From an uncultured Candidatus Saccharibacteria bacterium (GTDB lineage: Bacteria > Patescibacteriota > Minisyncoccia > Phycocordibacterales > SBAW01): DNA of 64,000 bases. The position numbers and the translations under genes are program-made. Position 1 is the first letter of the stretch. Each line of letters opens with the position of its first letter. The stretch is from assembly GCA_964615415.1 (NCBI GenBank), contig CAZTNI010000001.1:112746-176745 (forward strand), given 5' to 3'. Below, in pieces: positions 27,581 to 35,264 of this stretch. Below the pieces are notes generated by a model that was not told where the DNA came from, made no database searches, and saw nothing but the letters and a program-made list of their open reading frames with translations.

Positions 27581-27657
27581 GGAGCAAGCTCAAGCAGCTT
27601 GCTCCCTCTACAAAGCTAATAAGCAATCCCGCTTACTAGCTTTCGGAGGGAACGAAG
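27581..27657 (+). promoter_or_regulatory. Array hairpin module (SD sequestered)
   Basis: GGAGCAAGCT-CAAGC-AGCTTGCTCC; stem TCCCTC..AAAGCTA/TAGCTTT..GAGGGA. Confidence 0.75.
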
Positions 27658-27825
27658 ATGATTCTCCAGTACCTTCAGAAGGGTCTTCGTCTGGCCAACG
27701 ACGCCTTCACGGCGTACACGGCCAAAGACCCGAATTACATCGCACTTAAAACTGCGGTGTTCACAGGCGTTCCCATTCTTTGGATGAAGATCCAGGAGTG
27801 GCGACGCAAACTCGCGGCGAAGTAA
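27658..27825 (+). CDS. Array gene 8, 55-aa protein
   Basis: MILQYLQKGLRLANDAFTAY...QEWRRKLAAK with SD. Confidence 0.65.
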   Translation: MILQYLQKGLRLANDAFTAYTAKDPNYIALKTAVFTGVPILWMKIQEWRRKLAAK

Positions 27826-28276
27826 TCTTACGATTCCTTCGCCGCTCCTTCTAAATATTCAATCGATTCCTCTACAAGCGAAAGTTTGTACGGTTGAATG
27901 TTTAGAAGGGGCGATAATATCAACCCTATACAAGGCCGAGGGCGCACAGATTTTTGTTGCGTACAGCTGTTCTCCCGGTAGCACCAGGAGTTCTCGCATG
28001 TCTCGCGAGGTGAAATAACGAGCCCGGTGTTTTCCCCACCGGCCTACCTGCTCCCGCTTTGTGCGGTAAAGGGGTTCAAGAAAAAGGGAGGTGAAGACGA
28101 TGGTTGCGACCGCCTTTAGCGACAGCGACTCGTCTTGCACTAACACAATGTGTTTTGTAGAGCGCGCATTTTGAGCGCAGCTCCAAAGCACTTTCCGACC
28201 GTTCGTATTGCATGAGTGGTCGGCTTTGTACTGTCTATACTCGAGTGGGCAATTTTTGTTCCCACTCGTTTTTCAT
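27826..28276 (+). ncRNA. Candidate structured RNA inside array
   Basis: No long sense ORF; 23-bp stem 27843-27913 with 3 G.U pairs and several more hairpins. Confidence 0.45.
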
Positions 28277-28421
28277 GGGTCGCAGAAATGTTTAAACTGC
28301 GGCCCCGTTTCAAGATTTTTTCACAAGAAGAAATTTTGAAACGGGGATCGAAAATGTTCCCCTGCGTGCAAGTTCAAGTTCAACCCGCTCCCATTGATAT
28401 GGGGCAACACAGGAGAGTGGA
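28277..28421 (+). promoter_or_regulatory. Array hairpin module
   Basis: CCCCGTTTCAAGATTT/AAATTTTGAAACGGGG; GGGGATC-GAAAAT-GTTCCCC; GTTCAA; AGGAG. Confidence 0.85.
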
Positions 28422-29033
28422 ATGATTCTCATCAAGGTGACCCCGAAGCAGGACGACATCTTCATCGTCGGCCCGCTCGGCCTCGCCGTGCACATGACCG
28501 CCATCACCCTCGAGGTGGAGGTGGTCATGGTGCCGACGCCGGCGACAGCGCTCGAGATGTACGAGCTGGCTATGCAGGTCAACGCGCTCGGCTTCGGCTG
28601 GGCCGGCGACCTGCTCCTTCGGGAGGCTATTCGCCTCGCGGAGAAGGAGCTCAACGAGTGGTTCACTGCTGCCGCTCTCGACATGGGCGACCTCGACGAG
28701 GCATTCCAGCTCCCGCCGGACCTCGAGGAGATTTACGGCCGCCCGCAGCCGCAGGTGTCGCGTCGTGCGACCAACCCCGGCTACGGCGGCTTCGCCGACA
28801 TGTTCGACGAGATCTTCGGTTCGGCCGATGCCTTCCGCTATCGCGGCGGCCTCGACGCCGGCCAGGATCCGTTCGTCGACGATCGGCCGTTCAACCATCG
28901 CGACTTCGGTCGGGGTCTCGGGCTCGATCACGAGGGTTCTCGGCACTTCGGCGCCGACCTCGCTGCGCGTCTCGCCAACCATGTCGGCTCGTTCGGCAAC
29001 GGCCACTATCGCGGCCACCAGCCGCATCGTTAG
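28422..29033 (+). CDS. Array gene 9, acidic protein with Gly/Phe/His-rich tail
   Basis: 203 aa, SD, strong C/G third-position bias. Confidence 0.8.
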   Translation: MILIKVTPKQDDIFIVGPLGLAVHMTAITLEVEVVMVPTPATALEMYELAMQVNALGFGWAGDLLLREAIRLAEKELNEWFTAAALDMGDLDEAFQLPPDLEEIYGRPQPQVSRRATNPGYGGFADMFDEIFGSADAFRYRGGLDAGQDPFVDDRPFNHRDFGRGLGLDHEGSRHFGADLAARLANHVGSFGNGHYRGHQPHR

Positions 29034-29048
29034 TACTGTCTACAACAT

Positions 29049-29183
29049 TGGCGAACGCGCTTACGCGTTCGCCACCCTTTCAAGATCTTTTTTCGAAAGA
29101 GATTTTGAAAGGGGATTCGAAAATGTTTCCCTGGAATGTGTGTAACCGCCCCGTCGGAAATGGGGCAAACAAGGAGGAAGTGC
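29049..29183 (+). promoter_or_regulatory. Array hairpin module
   Basis: TGGCGAACGCG-CTTA-CGCGTTCGCCA; CCCTTTCAAGATCT/AGATTTTGAAAGGG; GAAAAT hairpin; AGGAGG. Confidence 0.85.
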
Positions 29184-29342
29184 ATGAGCAACCGTGACAT
29201 CGAGCGCGTCGCCGCCGCCCGCGGCATCTCGAACAACGCGGCGAAGAAGATGATGCGGCGCCGCAAGGGCGGCACCAAGTCGCCCGCCGTCCCGGTCCGC
29301 GGGATGCCCGTTGCCGGCACCGGCAAGCCCAAGGGCGAATAG
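29184..29342 (+). CDS. Array gene 10, 52-aa basic protein
   Basis: MSNRDIERVAAARGISNNAAKKMMRRRKGG...; AGGAGG SD. Confidence 0.75.
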   Translation: MSNRDIERVAAARGISNNAAKKMMRRRKGGTKSPAVPVRGMPVAGTGKPKGE

Positions 29343-29356
29343 TCTGATCTTTTCCT

Positions 29357-29463
29357 GGGCGGACGCAAATGTCCGCCCTCTACTTAAGTTCGCCACGGTG
29401 TATAGTGGTGGTGGACTTAACGGGAGTTCTAACCGCGGAGGAAATCCGCAGAAAGGAGGGAAG
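29357..29463 (+). promoter_or_regulatory. Array hairpin module
   Basis: GGGCGGAC-GCAAAT-GTCCGCCC; TTAAGTTCGCCAC/GTGGTGGACTTAA; AAGGAGG. Confidence 0.8.
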
Positions 29464-29658
29464 GTGAGTATTGAAAGGTACTTGTGGACCATCTGGGCGG
29501 TGATCGCTGTTGTGGCGGTTGCTGCTGCGGAGGGCCATTGGGTCATGGTGGCTGTCGTACTTCTGGTCACTGCGCTCATGGCTAAGGCCTTTGGGCCGTG
29601 GCCGCGTCCTTGGAAGCGGCATTCAGTTTCGGAGGTCCGGCATGGACCTGCGGAATGA
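29464..29658 (+). CDS. Array gene 11, small membrane protein
   Basis: GTG start after AAGGAGG; two TM segments. Confidence 0.65.
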   Translation: MSIERYLWTIWAVIAVVAVAAAEGHWVMVAVVLLVTALMAKAFGPWPRPWKRHSVSEVRHGPAE

Positions 29659-29782
29659 GCGGCCTATTCCCGAAGACGAGGAGAATCCGAACCGAGGCAT
29701 GTGGGTATTCGTACTCAGCATGATACTCGGGGTGGCGCTCGTACTTGGGCTCGCTACGTGGCGAGGTGTCCTTGTACTCTGA
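29642..29782 (+). CDS. Array gene 12, 46-aa single-TM protein
   Basis: GGAGG SD; MDLRNERP...WVFVLSMILGVALVLGLA. Confidence 0.6.
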   Translation: MDLRNERPIPEDEENPNRGMWVFVLSMILGVALVLGLATWRGVLVL

Positions 29783-29805
29783 TCGTCTGCTTCGGGAGCG
29801 AAAAC

Positions 29806-30026
29806 GGACGAACGCGAAATTATGTCTCGCGTTCGTCCACTCTATTCAGTTCGCCTTATATAAGGTGAACTGATCGAGTCTTTGTAAAACTGTTTCGTAC
29901 TCGGCGTGCCCAGTGTCATGGCAGCAAAAACTCTCTCCTCGAGAAATTTTTCTTCGCTTCTATGATGCTTGGCACGCCGAGTATGTATTTCGGTTTTACT
30001 GTGTAACTGAAACAAAGGAGACTTGA
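29806..30026 (+). promoter_or_regulatory. Array hairpin module with extra long stem
   Basis: GGACGAACGCGA/TCGCGTTCGTCC; TCAGTTCGCCTTA/TAAGGTGAACTGA; TACTCGGCGTGCC/GGCACGCCGAGTA; AAGGAG. Confidence 0.75.
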
Positions 30027-30524
30027 ATGTCTGCACCTTCAACACCTGCTCCTGCGAATGCTGGCATGTCGTGGAAGCTGAAGGTTTTGATCGCCGTCGC
30101 CGTCGCCGGGCTCATCGCTTGGTGGGGCATCGACAGCAACCTTCGCTTCGGATTGTGGGGATGGGCGGCTGGTGCCGCCTTCCTCATCACACTGTTCTTC
30201 CTGAGTGGTGTGATCGGTTGGACGATGAAGCACCCGGTCGCTACTCTCATCGGTCTCGTAGCCTTCCTCTACGGAGGCGTCTACCTTTGGCAGACGCTCT
30301 CGGAAGGTCGGCCGCCGTTCGGTAGCTGGATGACGCCCGAAACCCAGGCGAAGTTCGGCGAAACGGGCGAGCTGATGGATCCGTTCAACCTCGCTCTGAT
30401 CCTCGTCGCTGGCGCTGGCGGACTGTTCTTCTTGTGGAAGGCCTGGGAAAATGGCCGCAAGAATCGCGAAGAAGCCAAGAAGAAGAAGGCAGAAGCTGCC
30501 AAACACAAGGGCAGTGGCCACTAG
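30027..30524 (+). CDS. Array gene 13, 4-TM membrane protein with basic tail
   Basis: 165 aa, SD, hydrophobic segments. Confidence 0.8.
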   Translation: MSAPSTPAPANAGMSWKLKVLIAVAVAGLIAWWGIDSNLRFGLWGWAAGAAFLITLFFLSGVIGWTMKHPVATLIGLVAFLYGGVYLWQTLSEGRPPFGSWMTPETQAKFGETGELMDPFNLALILVAGAGGLFFLWKAWENGRKNREEAKKKKAEAAKHKGSGH

Positions 30525-30555
30525 TACCTTGCGGCAAGTGCCGCACAACAATATC

Positions 30556-30593
30556 GGGCCCCCGACGCTTCGCGCGTCGGGGGCCTTTTCTGT
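30556..30593 (+). terminator. Intrinsic terminator closing the array
   Basis: GGCCCCCGACGC-TTCGC-GCGTCGGGGGCC-TTTTCTGTT. Confidence 0.85.
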
Positions 30594-30605
30594 TATTATG
30601 TGCAC

Positions 30606-31367
30606 ATGGCAAAAAAGCGTCTCGTGGTTGGTAACTGGAAAATGTATATTACTTCGCCTGAGGACGCATCAAAGTTTACAGTCGCGCTTCGCCGCAAGGT
30701 GCGCGGAGTCTCCGGTGTCGATGTATTTCTTGCTCCTCCGTTTACTATCCTTCCTAAAGTAGCGGACACACTCAGTAGTTCTCCTATACAGGTCGGCGCG
30801 CAAACTATCTCTGCTTTTATGGACGAAAAGCACACAGGAGATATTTCAGGAGTGATGCTTAAAAAAGCTGGTGCCTCGTTTGTTATTATTGGCCACTCCG
30901 AGCGCCGTTCACTCGGCGAAACGAACGAGCTCGTGCACGACCAAGTACTTCGCGCAGTTGAGTCGGGCCTTACGCCTATTCTTTGTATTGGCGAAAAAGA
31001 ACATGAAGAAGGCGGCGCACATTTTAATTTTATTGAACAGCAACTTTCGTCGGCTCTCAAAGACCTTCCACCAAAAGCTGTAAAGAAATTAATTATTGCC
31101 TACGAACCCGTGTGGGCGATAGGGAAAGCGGCAGCCGATGCTATGAAGCCGCAGGACCTTGAGCAGATGGTTATCTTCATTAAAAAAGTGCTCGCCGACT
31201 CGCTCGACCGCAAGGTGGCGCTCAGCGTGCCGATCCTGTACGGAGGTTCAGTAGAAGCAGAGAATGCGCCGAGTTTGTTGGAAACAGGGATCTCGGGCTT
31301 CCTTGTGGGGCGCGCAAGTACCGACGTTGATTCATTTACGCAGATAATCACTCTATGCAAAAAATAA
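30606..31367 (+). CDS. tpiA: Triosephosphate isomerase
   Basis: GNWKM, GHSERR, AYEPVWAIG, YGGSV. Confidence 0.98.
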   Translation: MAKKRLVVGNWKMYITSPEDASKFTVALRRKVRGVSGVDVFLAPPFTILPKVADTLSSSPIQVGAQTISAFMDEKHTGDISGVMLKKAGASFVIIGHSERRSLGETNELVHDQVLRAVESGLTPILCIGEKEHEEGGAHFNFIEQQLSSALKDLPPKAVKKLIIAYEPVWAIGKAAADAMKPQDLEQMVIFIKKVLADSLDRKVALSVPILYGGSVEAENAPSLLETGISGFLVGRASTDVDSFTQIITLCKK

Positions 31368-32512
31368 AATCGGTTCGCGACGCGGATGTTGCAGGGAAGC
31401 GCGTGCTCTTACGTGTCGACTTTAATGTGCCACTTAAAAACGGAGAGGTAACGGACGATACGCGCATTACATCTGCGCTGCCGACTATCCAGTTGTTACA
31501 AGAAAAAGGTGCGGCACACATTACACTCCTTACCCATGTTGGTCGTCCGGAAGGGAAGGTGGTGGAAGAGTTACGCGTTGCGCCAATTGAAAAACATCTG
31601 CGAACGTTGTTGGCGGAGGCAAAACTTGGCCAGCAAAATGGTCTGGCCGAGCAAAGCGAGGAGAACCGGGGACCTTTTGCTGGGCATGTTTTGCCGGAGA
31701 TTACGCTGGAAGAAAACGTGCGGTTTAATCCAGGCGAAGATTCCAATGACGCAGCTTTTGCGGCAGAACTTGCAAAGCTTGGTGATGTGTTTGTAAACGA
31801 TGCGTTTGCAGACTCGCACCGCGCGCATGCATCTATCGTGGGCGTTGCAAAACTCTTGCCGTCCTATGCAGGGCTTTTGATGGAAAAAGAGGTGGAGCAT
31901 TTAGAGGCCGCACTCACACCACCGCCACACGCAATTGCAATTATTGGCGGTGCAAAGTTTGAAACAAAGCAGCCACTTATTGAAAAACTGCTTACGGTGT
32001 ATGAAAAAGTGCTGCTTGGTGGTGCACTTGGTAACGATGTTGTAAAGAGTCGCGGACTTCCGGTGGGTGCCTCGCTTATTTCAAATGTGCCGGTGCCCAC
32101 CTCGCTTGCAGGTAATGAAAACCTCGTGGTCGCAAAAGACTTTATTGTTAGCAATAGCGCTACTCAGGAAGTGCGCTCGATTGTGGAAAGCGATACTCGT
32201 AAGGAAGAAAAGATCGTTGATATTGGTCCCGTAAGTGCAAAGACGTGGGCAGGCATTGTTGCGGCTGCGCCGTTTGTGCTTTGGAACGGTCCGCTCGGTA
32301 TGTATGAAGATGGCTTTGCAGGCGGCACTGATACTGTTGCGGCTGCACTTGCATCCTCGGGAGTGCAGGCTGTCGTAGGTGGTGGCGACACTATTGCTGC
32401 CGTAGCGAAAGCGAACTTTAATCCAGACAAAGTATTTCTCTCAACTGGTGGAGGTGCAATGCTCGAGTTTTTAGCGAACGGCACACTCCCAGGAATTGAA
32501 GTGCTTAAATAG
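31355..32512 (+). CDS. pgk: Phosphoglycerate kinase with in-frame repeat insertion
   Basis: RVDFNVP, NDAF, WNGPLG, STGGGA. Confidence 0.97.
   Translation: MQKIKSVRDADVAGKRVLLRVDFNVPLKNGEVTDDTRITSALPTIQLLQEKGAAHITLLTHVGRPEGKVVEELRVAPIEKHLRTLLAEAKLGQQNGLAEQSEENRGPFAGHVLPEITLEENVRFNPGEDSNDAAFAAELAKLGDVFVNDAFADSHRAHASIVGVAKLLPSYAGLLMEKEVEHLEAALTPPPHAIAIIGGAKFETKQPLIEKLLTVYEKVLLGGALGNDVVKSRGLPVGASLISNVPVPTSLAGNENLVVAKDFIVSNSATQEVRSIVESDTRKEEKIVDIGPVSAKTWAGIVAAAPFVLWNGPLGMYEDGFAGGTDTVAAALASSGVQAVVGGGDTIAAVAKANFNPDKVFLSTGGGAMLEFLANGTLPGIEVLK
31618..31695. repeat. Palindromic repeat family A, copy 3 (inside pgk)
   Basis: GGCAAAAC..GGTCTGGCCGAG..GAGAACCGGGGACC..GTTTTGCC, opposite orientation to copies 1 and 2. 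Confidence 0.8.
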
Positions 32513-32831
32513 AAACCTTGTCTTTGAGATAGAAGGGGATGAGGTGAATATGTACGTGCGGTACGTCTGTCCCTACAATAGAAAGTTTTACGACATCAGT
32601 CCCTGTCTCTTGTTTTAATTGTTGAGCAAGTTTTTTTGCGACACGGAAGAGGTGGTCTGAAAGGTCATCAGGTAATTCAAAAAACCATTGATGATGTTCG
32701 CGAGGGATAACCAGTGTATGCTTCGGGCCTTTTGGATGGATATCTAAAAAAGCTACCGCTTTGTCGTCTTCATATATTTTTTCTGCAGGGATTTCTCCCT
32801 GAGCAATCTTGCAAAAAATGCAGTTTTCCAT
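32505..32831 (-). CDS. HIT family protein
   Basis: CIFCKI, HVHIH. Confidence 0.95.
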   Translation of the reverse strand: MENCIFCKIAQGEIPAEKIYEDDKAVAFLDIHPKGPKHTLVIPREHHQWFFELPDDLSDHLFRVAKKLAQQLKQETGTDVVKLSIVGTDVPHVHIHLIPFYLKDKVSI

Positions 32832-32851
32832 GCGTCGATTATACTATGTGG

Positions 32852-34510
32852 ATGCAAAAATCCTATCGCGTACGCGAACGTGCACACGATGAACTGCTGT
32901 ACGACCTTCTTGCTGCGCGCGGTGTTGTTGGCGACGAAGCGGTGCAAACATTTCTTGAGCCGGAGTTCGAGCGCGACTCGCACGATCCGTTTTTATTGCC
33001 GGACATGGACAAGGCGGTCGATAGAATTTTATTTGCAAAAGAAAAGGGAGAGAAAATTTGTGTGTGGAGCGACTACGACTGCGACGGCATCCCAGGGGGT
33101 GTCATGCTCACGCAATTTTTGCGAAGTATCGGACTCGATGTGACACACTACATTCCACATCGTCACAAAGAAGGATACGGTTTAAATAAAGAAGGTATCG
33201 ACACGCTCAAAAGTGCAGGCATACAACTGATCATCACGATCGACCTTGGTACAGTCGAAGTGGAGAATATTGCCTACGCACAAAGTATCGGGGTCGACAT
33301 TATCGTCACTGATCATCACCTGGTCCAACACGAACTGCCCAACGCTCTTGCAATTCTTAATCCAAAGCGCCCAGACAGTCCGTATCCGTTTGATGGTTTG
33401 TGTGGGGCTGGCGTTGCATGGAAGTTGGTGCAGGGAATTCTTGCGCGCGATCGAGGTGGTATGAAAGAAGGACAAGAAAAGTGGCTGCTCGACCTTGTAG
33501 GGCTCGCAACACTTTCCGACATGGTACCGCTGGTGGGGGAAAACAGGATGCTCGCACGCTATGGGCTGGTGGTGATGCGTCGCGGCAGGCGCCCTGGCCT
33601 TGCGGCACTGCTGTCGGTACTCAAAATAAAACCCTCAACGCTTACCGAAGACGATATTGGGTTTATGGTTGCGCCGCGTATCAATGCTGCGTCACGCATG
33701 GATTCCCCGGAAGCTGCATCAAAGTTGCTTGCAAGTACCGACGAGGCAGAAGCGAAAGTGTTAGCGCAAGAACTGAATCGTATTAACGACGTGCGCAAAG
33801 GAGTTGTAGCCTCGATCGCAAAAGAAGCAAACAAACGCCTTGTGGAAATCGGTACTGATGCCCCGGTCATTGTGATGGGCAACCCGAACTGGCGTCCTGG
33901 TGTGCTTGGTCTTGTGGCGAACACGCTTGTTGAGGCGCATGGTAAGCCGGTCTTTTTGTGGGGTCGGGAGGGTGGCGAAACGATTAAAGGCTCGTGCCGC
34001 TCCGACGGCGTGATTAACGTGGTGGAGTTAATGCAGGAAGCGAAGGATGTGTTTCTTGGTTTCGGTGGACACCATGCGTCAGGCGGCTTTTCATTATCGG
34101 AAGACAAAGTGCACGAACTACTTAATCATCTTTCACGAGCGTATGAAACGGTGCGTGCACATGGAACAGCGGAAAAAGAAATTAGTATTGACCGCGAGTT
34201 AACGCTACCGGAAATTTCATTTGCGATGCAGGATCTTTCGAAGCTCGCTCCTTTTGGCGAAGGGAATAAGAAGCCGTTATTTATATTTCCACATGTTTCT
34301 GTCGGTACCGTACGCACGTTTGGTAAAGCGAACGACCATGTTGATGCACAACTTATTGCGCATGAAACTCAAGTGGGTGGCATTGCATTTTTTTCTACAC
34401 CAGAATCGTTTCAGAAGCCGCTTGTGCGTGGAACGCGTGTCGACATAGTTGGTCATGTAGAAAAAGACTGGAAGGGGAGCCCGCGCATCCGCATTGTCGA
34501 TGTCCTCTAA
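32852..34510 (+). CDS. recJ: ssDNA exonuclease RecJ
   Basis: DYDCDG, TDHH, PRINAASR, GSCRS, GGH. Confidence 0.96.
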   Translation: MQKSYRVRERAHDELLYDLLAARGVVGDEAVQTFLEPEFERDSHDPFLLPDMDKAVDRILFAKEKGEKICVWSDYDCDGIPGGVMLTQFLRSIGLDVTHYIPHRHKEGYGLNKEGIDTLKSAGIQLIITIDLGTVEVENIAYAQSIGVDIIVTDHHLVQHELPNALAILNPKRPDSPYPFDGLCGAGVAWKLVQGILARDRGGMKEGQEKWLLDLVGLATLSDMVPLVGENRMLARYGLVVMRRGRRPGLAALLSVLKIKPSTLTEDDIGFMVAPRINAASRMDSPEAASKLLASTDEAEAKVLAQELNRINDVRKGVVASIAKEANKRLVEIGTDAPVIVMGNPNWRPGVLGLVANTLVEAHGKPVFLWGREGGETIKGSCRSDGVINVVELMQEAKDVFLGFGGHHASGGFSLSEDKVHELLNHLSRAYETVRAHGTAEKEISIDRELTLPEISFAMQDLSKLAPFGEGNKKPLFIFPHVSVGTVRTFGKANDHVDAQLIAHETQVGGIAFFSTPESFQKPLVRGTRVDIVGHVEKDWKGSPRIRIVDVL

Positions 34511-34535
34511 AGTAGTTTCACGCTATACTGCTCTT

Positions 34536-35246
34536 GTGGAAAAAATTCTTATCTTTACTGATGGGTCGTCGCGCGGGAACCCGGGTCCGGGAGGATGGGG
34601 TGCAATTGTCGTAACTGAAACAACTGCGGAAGAGTTAGGCGGCTACGAAGCAAACACGACGAACAATCGCATGGAGCTCACTGCGGTATTTGAAGCGTTG
34701 CGGCATGTTTCATCACTACCGCCAGCCGCAATTTCTTTGTACACCGATTCTGCCTACGTTATGAATGGTGCGCTGAAGTGGGGGAAGGGATGGAGAGCGC
34801 GTAGTTGGATGACGATAGAAAATAAAGAAGTATTAAATAGAGATTTATGGGAACCATTTCTTACTTTACTCGACTCACTGCCCCACACTCTTGAGTGGCA
34901 CAACGTCGGTGGACACATAGGCATTGCAGGTAACGAACGTGTTGATGCGATTGCCACTTCGTATGCGTTACAGGAAAATGTGGAACTGTATAAAGGTTCG
35001 CGCGGTTCGTACAGTGTCGATGTAACAAACCTAAGCATCGACCATGAGCTGCATGCAAAAAAGAAAGAAGCTCGTTCGCGCTCAAAACTCCCTGCATATT
35101 CATACGTGAGTTTAGTAGATGGCGAAATAAAAACTCATAAAACCTGGGCCGAGTGCGAAGCTCGTACAAAAGGTAAAAAAGCTCGCTACAAAAAAGCTAC
35201 GTCTCCATCCGAAGAGGCAGAGATCATTCAAGAGTTTTCACGCTAG
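34536..35246 (+). CDS. rnhA: Ribonuclease HI with C-terminal hybrid-binding-like domain
   Basis: FTDGSSRGNPG, TNNRMEL, TDS, GNERVD; C-terminal HKTWAECEAR...YKK. Confidence 0.93.
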   Translation: MEKILIFTDGSSRGNPGPGGWGAIVVTETTAEELGGYEANTTNNRMELTAVFEALRHVSSLPPAAISLYTDSAYVMNGALKWGKGWRARSWMTIENKEVLNRDLWEPFLTLLDSLPHTLEWHNVGGHIGIAGNERVDAIATSYALQENVELYKGSRGSYSVDVTNLSIDHELHAKKKEARSRSKLPAYSYVSLVDGEIKTHKTWAECEARTKGKKARYKKATSPSEEAEIIQEFSR

Positions 35247-35264
35247 ATTGCATAAGAGGTAAAT

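Noticed and set aside
28380-29197. Alternative long ORFs 28394-29197 (+) and 28380-29027 (-)
   Set aside because: They result from high GC3 in the real 28422-29033 gene, lack an SD, and run through hairpin modules or antisense to the gene.
24480-30593. Canonical integron / attC cassette array
   Set aside because: Three genes end in TAAC and GTTCAA precedes several SDs, but there are no paired RYYYAAC/GTTRRRY ends forming one attC hairpin, and no IntI is adjacent. A non-canonical cassette system remains possible.
24480-30593. CRISPR array or prophage
   Set aside because: No identical regularly spaced repeats, no cas genes, and no recognisable phage structural, replication or integrase genes.
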